NCBI GenBank assembly: GCA_964431465.1
Contig: CAYSKE010000001.1
Location: forward strand, 1-34,579
Length of the DNA stretch: 34,579 nt
Direction: 5' to 3'
Source of the DNA: an uncultured Muribaculaceae bacterium
Lineage (GTDB): Bacteria > Bacteroidota > Bacteroidia > Bacteroidales > Muribaculaceae
Position 1 is the stretch's first letter. Each line of letters opens with the position of its first letter. Below are positions 26,926 through 34,579 of this stretch, piece after piece. The notes beneath the pieces were generated by a model that ran no database searches, was not told the origin of the DNA, and saw only the letters and a list, made by a program, of their open reading frames with translations. The translations under genes and the position numbers were made by a program.

Positions 26926-29262
26926 ATGGACGACTATTTGTCGAAACTTAATAACCAGCAGCGTGAGGCCGTCGTGTATATCGACGGCCCTCAGCTTGTT
27001 ATAGCAGGTGCAGGATCGGGCAAGACAAGAGTGCTCACCTACAAGATCGTGCATCTGCTCACTCATGGTTATGAGCCGTGGCGCATCCTCGCGTTGACCT
27101 TTACCAACAAGGCTGCGCGGGAGATGAGGGAGCGCATAACCGAACTTGTGGGTGGCGGTATTGCCAACAAGTTGTGGATGGGTACTTTCCACTCGATCTT
27201 TTCACGCATACTTCACACCCATGCCGACCGAATAGGGTTCAGCCGCAACTTTACGATATATGATTCGGCCGACTCCAAGTCGCTGATAAAGACTATCGTC
27301 AAGGATATGGGACTTGACGACAAGATATACAAGCCCTCGACAGTTGCCGGCGCGATCTCGATGGCAAAAAACGCGCTAATGTCGCCTGAAGCCTATGCGG
27401 GTGACCGTGATCTCATGGAGGCTGACCGGCGGGCAAAACGTCCGTTGATATATGCGATATACCGCACATATATGCAGCGGTGTCATGTGGCTGAGGCGAT
27501 GGACTTCGATGATCTGCTCTACTACACACATGAGCTTCTGCGCGGTAATCCCGACATTCTCAACCATTACAGGGAGTTTTTCAAATATGTGCTGGTGGAT
27601 GAGTATCAGGATACCAATTTTGCCCAGCACCAGATCATAACGCTGCTCACCAAGGGGTTGGGAAATCTATCGGTGGTAGGCGACGATGCGCAGAGCATCT
27701 ATTCGTTCCGCGGAGCCAATATACGCAACATATTGACTCTCAAGAATGCTTATCCCGATCTGCGCATATTCAAACTTGAGCAGAACTACCGATCGACGCA
27801 AAACATCATAAATGCAGCCAACTCGCTGATAGAAAAGAACACTGAGCAGATAAGGAAGCAGGTGTTCTCGCAAAACGAGGAGGGAGCACCGATAGAGGTG
27901 GTGCAGAGCTACAGCGATTTCGAGGAGAGTTTTCTCGTTGCAAACCGCATTTCTCAGGTGAAGATGTCGAGCCACGATTCCTATGAGGAGTTTGCGGTGC
28001 TTTACAGGACAAATGCCCAGTCGCGCATACTTGAAGAATCACTGAGAAAGCGGAATATCCCTTACCGCATCTACGGCGGACTGTCGTTTTATCAACGCAA
28101 GGAGATCAAGGATGCCGTGGCTTATTTCCGCATGGCTGTCAATCCCGACGATGACGAGGCTCTGAAACGCATCATCAATTTCCCGGCGAGGGGTATAGGC
28201 GAAACCACCCTGAATAAGCTGACGCGATGCGCGATAACAGGTAACACGAGTATATGGGACGTGCTGACTCATCCCGACGAGCATGATCTACAGGTCAACT
28301 CGGGGACTATGAAGAAACTTGAGGGCTTTGTGACGCTCATTCAGGGCTTTATAGGCCTGAACGAAAAGAAGATTCCTGCCGATGAGCTTTCGGATAAGAT
28401 CATCCAGCGCACACAACTGCTGACGATGCTGCTCACCGACAAAACGCCTGAGAGCATTTCGAAGCAGGAGAACCTTCAGGAGCTTCTCAACGGCACGCAT
28501 GAGTTTGTGCTCGGACGCATCGAGGAGGGACGCGGTGAGGAAACCTCACTGACCGATTTTCTGCGCGAGGTGTCGCTTGCCACCGACTTTGACCGCGAAG
28601 GGGATGATGCCGACAAGGAGGCTGTCACGCTGATGACGGTTCACGCTTCCAAAGGCCTTGAGTTCAGCAATGTCTTTGTGGTTGGCGTCGAAGAAGACCT
28701 GATGCCTGCCGCAATGTCGCAGTCGTCGGCTCAGGGTGTGGAGGAGGAACGTCGCCTGATGTATGTGGCCATCACACGTGCAAAGAAGTTCTGCATGCTC
28801 TCCTATGCTTCGTCGAGGTTCAGAAACGGGCAGACCGTGGGGTGTTCTCCCTCGCGTTTTCTGCGCGATATAGACAAACGCTATCTGCACATGGCCACCG
28901 GCTCGACTCTCTCGGGTGGCAGTGACTGGAGTGGTTTCAACCCGGTGTCGAAGTACCAGAGAAGCAATTTCGGCGGTGGCGGAACGAGGCAGTCGGCTTC
29001 GTCGTTTAATCCCGGAGGCAATTTCCAGCCGTTGAGCGAAGTGCGCCGCACAGCTGTGCCTTCGGCAGCATCATCGGGCGGCTTCAGAAACTACAGTGCT
29101 TCGGAACTTGAGGCCGGAAATAAGATCGAGCACCAGCGTTTCGGTCAGGGAGTCATCATAAAGGTGGATACGAGTCAGCCCGACGCGCGCATCACGGTGA
29201 AATTCTCCAATATCGAGACCAAAATACTTTTATTGAAGTTCGCAAAAATCAAGCTAATCTAA
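26926..29262 (+). CDS. UvrD/PcrA/Rep-family ATP-dependent DNA helicase
   Basis: 778 aa. LNNQQREAV...VIAGAGSGKTRVLTYK (motifs Q/I), FTNKAAREM, VLVDEYQDTN, VVGDDAQSIYSFRGA, YRS, TVHASKGLEF and YVAITRA are all present. Confidence 0.92.
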   Translation: MDDYLSKLNNQQREAVVYIDGPQLVIAGAGSGKTRVLTYKIVHLLTHGYEPWRILALTFTNKAAREMRERITELVGGGIANKLWMGTFHSIFSRILHTHADRIGFSRNFTIYDSADSKSLIKTIVKDMGLDDKIYKPSTVAGAISMAKNALMSPEAYAGDRDLMEADRRAKRPLIYAIYRTYMQRCHVAEAMDFDDLLYYTHELLRGNPDILNHYREFFKYVLVDEYQDTNFAQHQIITLLTKGLGNLSVVGDDAQSIYSFRGANIRNILTLKNAYPDLRIFKLEQNYRSTQNIINAANSLIEKNTEQIRKQVFSQNEEGAPIEVVQSYSDFEESFLVANRISQVKMSSHDSYEEFAVLYRTNAQSRILEESLRKRNIPYRIYGGLSFYQRKEIKDAVAYFRMAVNPDDDEALKRIINFPARGIGETTLNKLTRCAITGNTSIWDVLTHPDEHDLQVNSGTMKKLEGFVTLIQGFIGLNEKKIPADELSDKIIQRTQLLTMLLTDKTPESISKQENLQELLNGTHEFVLGRIEEGRGEETSLTDFLREVSLATDFDREGDDADKEAVTLMTVHASKGLEFSNVFVVGVEEDLMPAAMSQSSAQGVEEERRLMYVAITRAKKFCMLSYASSRFRNGQTVGCSPSRFLRDIDKRYLHMATGSTLSGGSDWSGFNPVSKYQRSNFGGGGTRQSASSFNPGGNFQPLSEVRRTAVPSAASSGGFRNYSASELEAGNKIEHQRFGQGVIIKVDTSQPDARITVKFSNIETKILLLKFAKIKLI

Positions 29263-29268
29263 GAAATT

Positions 29269-30441
29269 ATGTCGAGCGAAAACGCTAAGAAGGAGACCGG
29301 TATGATTCCTACGCCGTGCTATGTGGTCTATGAGGAACGCCTGCGCCGCAATCTTGATGTCATCACCGATGTTGCCCGCAGGGCCGGGGTGGAGATAATC
29401 ATGGCATTCAAGGCTAACGCTCTCTGGCGCACTTTCGATATATTCAGGGAATATGGCGTGAAGTGTACCGCCAGCTCGCTCAACGAGATGATGCTTGGCA
29501 ATGATGAACTTGGCTGCAGGGTTCACACCTATTGCCCAGCCTACACGCCTGAGACTATCGTGCCTTATCTTGAAGGGAGCAGTCACATTACGTTCAACTC
29601 CCTGAGCCAGTGGGCGAAATTTAAGGATATATTGGAGCAATACAACCGTGAGAACCCTGACAGGCGCGTTTCTCCCGGGTTGCGAGTGAATCCGCAATGC
29701 TCTGTGATAGAAACGGATATATATAATCCTGCGCTCCCCGGATCGCGCTTTGGCGTTACGGCCGATATGCTCCCGGAGCTGCCCGAAGGGATTGAGGGAC
29801 TGCATTTTCACCAGCTGTGTGAGTCAACGTCATACGACCTCGAGCAGGTGCTGAAAGCCTTTGAGCAACAGTTCGGACATCTGATTGATAAAGTGAAGTG
29901 GGTGAATATGGGGGGCGGCCACCTCATGACCCGCGAGGGATATGACCGCGAGCATCTTGTGAGGCTGTTGAGTGATTTTAGGGAGCGACACAGTGGCGTG
30001 CAGGTGATACTTGAGCCGGGGAGTGCCTTCACATGGCGCACCGGTGACCTGCTTGTGTCAGTCGTGGACACGGTGACTAATCAGGGGGTGAACACTGCCA
30101 TAATCGATGCTTCGTTTGCGTGCCACATGCCCGACACGCTTGAAATGCCCTATCAGCCCATAGTGAGCGAGAGTTGCAGCGAGGACACCGCGGGAGCGCA
30201 TCCGTGGCGTCTTGGGGGCAATTCATGCCTGAGCGGCGACTACAAAGGTGACTGGTGGTTTAAGAGCCCGCTTGTGGCGGGGGAGCGCCTGACGCTTGAG
30301 GATATGAACCATTACACCACAGTCAAGACCACGATGTTCAACGGCATCCAGCACCCGTCGATCGCCCTTGTCGCTCCTGACGGAAGTTGGAAATATCTGC
30401 GCCGCTACACCTACGAGGATTATAAAAACCGCATGTCATGA
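29269..30441 (+). CDS. nspC: Carboxynorspermidine/carboxyspermidine decarboxylase
   Basis: 390 aa. IPTPCYVVYEERLRRNL...IMAFKAN...SRFGV...GLHFHQLCES...WVNMGGGH...ILEPGSAF...GNSCLSGD...YTTVKTTMFNG align colinearly with my memory of Vibrio NspC. The ATG at 29302 is a possible alternative start. Confidence 0.9.
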   Translation: MSSENAKKETGMIPTPCYVVYEERLRRNLDVITDVARRAGVEIIMAFKANALWRTFDIFREYGVKCTASSLNEMMLGNDELGCRVHTYCPAYTPETIVPYLEGSSHITFNSLSQWAKFKDILEQYNRENPDRRVSPGLRVNPQCSVIETDIYNPALPGSRFGVTADMLPELPEGIEGLHFHQLCESTSYDLEQVLKAFEQQFGHLIDKVKWVNMGGGHLMTREGYDREHLVRLLSDFRERHSGVQVILEPGSAFTWRTGDLLVSVVDTVTNQGVNTAIIDASFACHMPDTLEMPYQPIVSESCSEDTAGAHPWRLGGNSCLSGDYKGDWWFKSPLVAGERLTLEDMNHYTTVKTTMFNGIQHPSIALVAPDGSWKYLRRYTYEDYKNRMS

Positions 30442-31451
30442 CGCCGCGTTTCTCGGTCATAGTACCGGTCTACAACCGCCGCGGAGAGGTCGATGACCTT
30501 CTCGCCTCGCTTGTGTCGCAACGCGGCATTGCGCCGGGACTTGTTGAGGTGATTGTCGTGGAGGACGGCTCGACTGATCCTTGCGGCGACATCTGCGAGC
30601 GCTATGCGGGGAAAGGGGTGGAAATAAGCTATCATTTCAAGGACAACGAGGGGCGTTCGCCTGCCCGCAACTATGGCATGGAGCGTGCCAGAGGGGAGTG
30701 GCTCATCTTCTTTGACTCGGATTGCGTGGCTCCCGCTGATTATTTTGCAAAGCTCAATGCCGATCCGGCTCTCGACACTCTCGACTGTTTCGGTGGACCT
30801 GATGCTGCACACGAGTCATTTAGCAACACTCAGAAAGCCATCAACGTGGCCATGACATCGTTTCTGACCACCGGAGGGATACGTGGCGGACGCGTGAGCA
30901 TGGAGAAATTCACGCCCCGCACGTTCAACATGGGCTTCCGTAAAGAGGTGTTTGAACGTGTGGGAGGCTTCAGGGAGATGTACAGCGAGGACATCGACAT
31001 GAGCACCCGCATAAGAAACGCGGGATTCCGCATCGGCCTGCTCCCTGACCAGAAGGTGTATCACAAACGCCGTATCGATCTAAGGAAATTCTTTCGACAG
31101 GTCTATGTATTCGGCAAGTCGCGCATCACTCTGCATCTGCTTTACCCCGGCTCGCTCAAGGTAGTGCATTTATTTCCCGCTGTTTTTGTTGTGGGTGTGA
31201 TTGTGATGTGTATCTTTGCAATAGTGTGGTCATGGCTGTGGCTGATCCCTCTTGCCGTCTATCTGCTTGCAGTGTTTGTTTCGGCCTGTATTGCCAGCCG
31301 AAGCCTTAAAGTGGGAGTTATTGCAGTTCCGGCAAGCGTGATCCAGCTCGGAGGCTACGGCCTCGGTTTTATCAACGCATTCACGCAAAAAATACTCCTT
31401 GGCAGAGGGCGCGATATTACCGAAGAGATAGAAGCACGCCGCGGGAAGTGA
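30438..31451 (+). CDS. Family-2 glycosyltransferase with C-terminal TM helices
   Basis: 337 aa. FSVIVPVYNRRGEVDDLLASLVSQ...VEVIVVEDGSTD...RSPARNYG...LIFFDSDC...SEDIDMSTR is a canonical GT2 (GT-A, DxD) signature. Two to three C-terminal hydrophobic helices follow. ATGA overlap with the nspC stop at 30438..30441. Confidence 0.8.
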   Translation: MTPRFSVIVPVYNRRGEVDDLLASLVSQRGIAPGLVEVIVVEDGSTDPCGDICERYAGKGVEISYHFKDNEGRSPARNYGMERARGEWLIFFDSDCVAPADYFAKLNADPALDTLDCFGGPDAAHESFSNTQKAINVAMTSFLTTGGIRGGRVSMEKFTPRTFNMGFRKEVFERVGGFREMYSEDIDMSTRIRNAGFRIGLLPDQKVYHKRRIDLRKFFRQVYVFGKSRITLHLLYPGSLKVVHLFPAVFVVGVIVMCIFAIVWSWLWLIPLAVYLLAVFVSACIASRSLKVGVIAVPASVIQLGGYGLGFINAFTQKILLGRGRDITEEIEARRGK

Positions 31452-31503
31452 CCTCCGCGGTGGGAGAAAACAGATAAAAGAAATAACCAATCAAAAAGCA
31501 CAA

Positions 31504-33108
31504 ATGAGATTCAAAATATTGATTATGGCGGCTCTTGCGGGAGCAGCCTTTGCAAACGCTCAGGACTGGGATGATCCCACGCTCGACGGGCGCATGAGCT
31601 GCACGAGTATCATGGTGGGTAAGAAGGCATCGGCCGACGGCTCGGTGATGACCAGCCACACCTGCGACGGAAATTACCGCACGTGGGTGGATATCGTTCC
31701 GGGGGAGACCTACGACAAAGATACCACGGTGGCCGTCTACACCGGCCGAATGCACACCGATCTCGCCAATGGGACGCGCGGCATGGTGAAAGTAGGGGAG
31801 ATACCTCAGGCACGCCGGACTTACCGCTTTGTGAACACGGCTTATCCCTGCCTCAATGAGAAGCAGCTCGGCATAGGCGAGACAACTATATCGGGTCGCG
31901 GTGAACTGCGCAACAAAAACGGAATGTTCTACATCGAGGAGCTTGAACGACTCGCATTGCAGCGTTGTTCGACTGCCCGTGAGGCCATCAAGCTCATGGA
32001 TCAACTGACTAAAGAATATGGCTACGGCGACGACGGTGAGTGCCTGACAATAGCTGACCCCAACGAGGTGTGGCATTTCGAGATATTCGGCGAAGGCCCT
32101 GATAAGACAGGTGCCGTGTGGGCTGCCGTGCGCATCCCCGACGATCATGTGGGTGTGTCGGCCAATGTGCCTCGCATCTCCACATTAAACCTTGCCGATA
32201 CCGCCAATTACATGGCATCGGAAAATGTCTATGACGTGGCAAAGCGCATGGGATTCTGGGACGGTAAGGAGGAATTCAAATTCTGGAAAGCATATGCCGG
32301 CGGCAACTATTTCAAGGAGCCGAAAGCATACAGTGTCAGGGAATATTATCTTCTCAACAAGCTTGCTCCGTCGCTCGGATTGAATCAGGAGATGGAGGAG
32401 CTGCCGGTGAGCGTCAAACCTGAGAAGAAACTTTCGGCGGCCGATGTAATGTATCTGCTCACCGAGACCTACGAAGGGAGTGAGCTTGATCCGATCGGTA
32501 AGATGAAGGTAGCCCGCCGGACGCGCGGATCGGAGCAGGTTGATTCCGTCATAAGTCCGTATGCCAACCCGTGGATGACGGGCGACATGCGTGCGCTCAT
32601 CAACAGCCTTAAGCCGGAGACGTCAGCCGGACATCGCACCGTGGCAGTGCCTCAATGCTCTTACTCGACGGTTATTCAGCTTCGTGACTGGCTGCCCGAT
32701 GCCGTCGGCGGCGTGGTGTGGCTGTCGTTTGACAACCCGGGTCAGAGCCCGCGTATACCGGTGTTCTGCGGCACGACCGAGCTTCCCATGGCTTTCGGTG
32801 TGTGCGGTCAGTGGCGCAACGACCCCACTTCGATCGTGTGGAAATTCCGTGAGGCAAATAAACTCGCTACGGTGAAGTATGGCAACACCCGCGACATGAT
32901 GCGCAAAGGATTTGATCATTTTGTGGATAAAGGTCAGTCGGAGATGCCTTATGTTGAGAACCGCTATGCATCTATACTCGCCGAAAAGGGAGAAGCTGAC
33001 GCCAACGCATTCCTCACCGGCTATACACGTGATTTTGCCGGATCGGCGGTTGCCTATTGGGATGAACTGGCTAAGAAAATGTGGGCGATGTACTGCAGAG
33101 CCTTCTAA
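31504..33108 (+). CDS. C69-family dipeptidase, secreted or periplasmic
   Basis: 534 aa. A signal peptide (MRFKILIMAALAGAAFANA) is followed by SCTSIMVGKKASADGSVMTSHTCDG, which is characteristic of peptidase family C69 with an N-terminal nucleophile Cys. Confidence 0.88.
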   Translation: MRFKILIMAALAGAAFANAQDWDDPTLDGRMSCTSIMVGKKASADGSVMTSHTCDGNYRTWVDIVPGETYDKDTTVAVYTGRMHTDLANGTRGMVKVGEIPQARRTYRFVNTAYPCLNEKQLGIGETTISGRGELRNKNGMFYIEELERLALQRCSTAREAIKLMDQLTKEYGYGDDGECLTIADPNEVWHFEIFGEGPDKTGAVWAAVRIPDDHVGVSANVPRISTLNLADTANYMASENVYDVAKRMGFWDGKEEFKFWKAYAGGNYFKEPKAYSVREYYLLNKLAPSLGLNQEMEELPVSVKPEKKLSAADVMYLLTETYEGSELDPIGKMKVARRTRGSEQVDSVISPYANPWMTGDMRALINSLKPETSAGHRTVAVPQCSYSTVIQLRDWLPDAVGGVVWLSFDNPGQSPRIPVFCGTTELPMAFGVCGQWRNDPTSIVWKFREANKLATVKYGNTRDMMRKGFDHFVDKGQSEMPYVENRYASILAEKGEADANAFLTGYTRDFAGSAVAYWDELAKKMWAMYCRAF

Positions 33109-33136
33109 AATATCAATGCTTTCAATCTAAAACATG

Positions 33137-33180
33137 ACCGCGGTTGTTTTCTCAATATAGGAGAGGAGCCGCGGTTTCTC
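33137..33180 (+). terminator. Putative terminator after the C69 dipeptidase gene
   Basis: ACCGCGG (33137..33143) pairs with CCGCGGT (33169..33175), followed by TTTCTC. The stem is only 7 bp and the loop is large (25 nt), so this is a weak call. Confidence 0.35.
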
Positions 33181-33214
33181 ATGTATTGAAGTGAAACTTA
33201 ACCGACAGGATAAA

Positions 33215-33868
33215 ATGAAGATAGTAAATTTCCGGAACTATGACTCACTGGTGAGTCAATATATGGCCGAACTGCGCGACGTGACCGTGCAGAAAGACCC
33301 GATGAGATTTCGCCGCAATCTTGAGCGTATCGGCGAGATAATGGCATTTGAGATATCGCGCACACTGCGTTACCGCGACGAGACGGTGGTGACTCCGCTT
33401 GCCGACGCTCAGTGTCGTGTGATTGATCAAACTGTGGTGTTGGCTACTATCTTCCGTGCCGGACTGCCGTTTCATCAGGGCTTCCTGAACTGCTTTGACC
33501 ATGCCGAAAACGCCTTTATATCGGCCTACCGCAAGTATAAGGAAAAAGGCGACTTCGAGGTGTGCACTGAATATCTGGCAGCTCCCGACATAAACGGCAA
33601 GGTTGTGATTCTTTCAGATCCGATGCTCGCTACGGGAGTGTCGATGGAGATGTGCTGGCGTGCATTGCTCTCCCACGGCACTCCGTCGCACGTTCACATT
33701 GCATCGGTCGTAGCCTCGCAGCAGGCTGTGGATTATGTGAAGAATGTGTTTCCCAAAGATACCACGACCTTGTGGGTCGGCGCGATAGATCCGGCACTCA
33801 ACGACCACTCCTACATCGTGCCGGGACTGGGCGACGCGGGGGATCTCGCTTTTGGTGAAAAACTGTAA
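33215..33868 (+). CDS. upp: Uracil phosphoribosyltransferase
   Basis: [51 protein letters not shown]...[12 protein letters not shown] (PRPP-binding loop)...[15 protein letters not shown]. Start is at ATG 33215; the track start at 33191 is a GTG extension. Confidence 0.93.
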   Translation: MKIVNFRNYDSLVSQYMAELRDVTVQKDPMRFRRNLERIGEIMAFEISRTLRYRDETVVTPLADAQCRVIDQTVVLATIFRAGLPFHQGFLNCFDHAENAFISAYRKYKEKGDFEVCTEYLAAPDINGKVVILSDPMLATGVSMEMCWRALLSHGTPSHVHIASVVASQQAVDYVKNVFPKDTTTLWVGAIDPALNDHSYIVPGLGDAGDLAFGEKL

Positions 33869-33921
33869 ACTTATGTGAGCCGCCGGGTGTTTTATATACG
33901 AAACTAAAACATATAAATTCT

Positions 33922-34515
33922 ATGGAAACACCAGCAGCAAAGAAATCAGTGAAGGGCACGCAGACCGAAAAGAATCTTGCCATGTCCTATATGGCCGAGA
34001 CACAGGCAAACGCCCGTTATACATTCTACGCCAAGAAAGCTAATAAAGAGATGTATTACCCCATCGAGGAGATCTTCAATGAGACTGCAGCCAATGAGTT
34101 GCATCATGCAAAGATTTTCCTCGGATTTCTTGAAGGCGGCATGATTTCCGGACTCACTGCCTCGGTTGATCACGCCACAATCGGAAGCACTGCCGACAAC
34201 CTGAAGGCAGCGATCTGGGAGGAGACCAACGAAGGTGTTGATGCCTACGATAAATTTGCCGACGTTGCCGATCAGGAAGGATTCCCTGTGATAGCATCTC
34301 ATTTCCGCGCTATCGCCGAGATCGAGCGTCATCACAAGGAGCGTTTCGCGGCATGGTTGAAGCACGTTGAGGACGGCACAGTGTGGAAGCGCGAGCAACC
34401 TATCGAATGGAAATGCCTCGTATGTGGCTACATCTACAAGGGCACACAGCCTCCTACAGCATGTCCGGCTTGCGATCATCCCTATCAGCACTACATGGCG
34501 CAGGATATCGCATAA
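33922..34515 (+). CDS. rbr: Rubrerythrin
   Basis: 197 aa. It has an N-terminal ferritin-like di-iron domain ([27 protein letters not shown]...EELHHAK-type ExxH motifs) and a C-terminal rubredoxin-like CxxC...CxxC ([10 protein letters not shown]...CPACDHP). Confidence 0.93.
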   Translation: METPAAKKSVKGTQTEKNLAMSYMAETQANARYTFYAKKANKEMYYPIEEIFNETAANELHHAKIFLGFLEGGMISGLTASVDHATIGSTADNLKAAIWEETNEGVDAYDKFADVADQEGFPVIASHFRAIAEIERHHKERFAAWLKHVEDGTVWKREQPIEWKCLVCGYIYKGTQPPTACPACDHPYQHYMAQDIA

Positions 34516-34542
34516 ATCGCGCAAAAATAGTAAAAGCATTAA

Positions 34543-34578
34543 CGGCGGCAGACCGGGTATCATCCCGACCTGCCGCCG
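34543..34578 (+). terminator. GC-rich hairpin after rubrerythrin (probable terminator; the window ends before any U-tract)
   Basis: cggcggcagaccggg (34543..34557) pairs with cccgacctgccgccg (34564..34578) in a 15-bp stem with a 2-nt internal mismatch and a 6-nt loop (tatcat). It starts 28 nt after the rbr stop. Confidence 0.5.
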
Positions 34579-34579
34579 C

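Noticed and set aside
32922-32930. A perfect DnaA-box-like nonamer, TGTGGATAA, considered alongside the presence of dnaN as a possible hint of oriC.
   Set aside because: It is a single box inside the dipeptidase coding sequence. There is no cluster of boxes, no AT-rich unwinding element and no dnaA gene in the window. In Bacteroidota, dnaN is not a reliable origin marker.

Overview
This window looks like a core, housekeeping stretch of a Bacteroidota (Bacteroidales-like) chromosome. The taxon call rests on five observations: TAnnTTTG-type -7 promoter boxes, no obvious Shine-Dalgarno sequences, a long-tailed ribosomal protein S16, a DUF4835 gene after coaBC, and grpE-dnaJ without dnaK. I support 34 protein-coding genes, and almost all are strongly recognisable.

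Gene order:
- proS (partial, minus strand).
- dnaN, a DnaQ-like exonuclease, coaBC, DUF4835, a membrane GT2 and a nitroreductase (plus strand).
- A six-gene glucuronate (hexuronate) operon on the minus strand: kdgK, eda, MFS transporter, uxaC, uxuA, SDR-type uxuB.
- rpsP, an uncharacterised OST-HTH/DUF3825-like gene, panC, panD, ffh, folD, a ThiE-like gene, a flippase-like membrane protein, ispE, grpE and dnaJ (plus strand).
- rhaM (minus strand).
- rsfS, ftsH, DUF4250, a UvrD-family helicase, nspC, a second GT2, a C69 dipeptidase, upp and rubrerythrin (plus strand).

Genes are tightly packed, with several ATGA or TAATG start/stop overlaps. By eye I found no rRNA, tRNA, CRISPR array, transposase, integrase, toxin-antitoxin pair or recognisable defence system.

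I do not see a clear novel multi-gene system. The best candidates for something undescribed are:
- the OST-HTH + low-complexity linker + DUF3825-like protein (14617..15495);
- the unusually long 393-nt structured non-coding region upstream of it (14224..14616);
- several translationally coupled pairings of housekeeping enzymes with uncharacterised membrane proteins (coaBC-DUF4835-GT2, ThiE-like-flippase-like-ispE, nspC-GT2).

All functional calls come from reading the translations against remembered family signatures. No database search was run.
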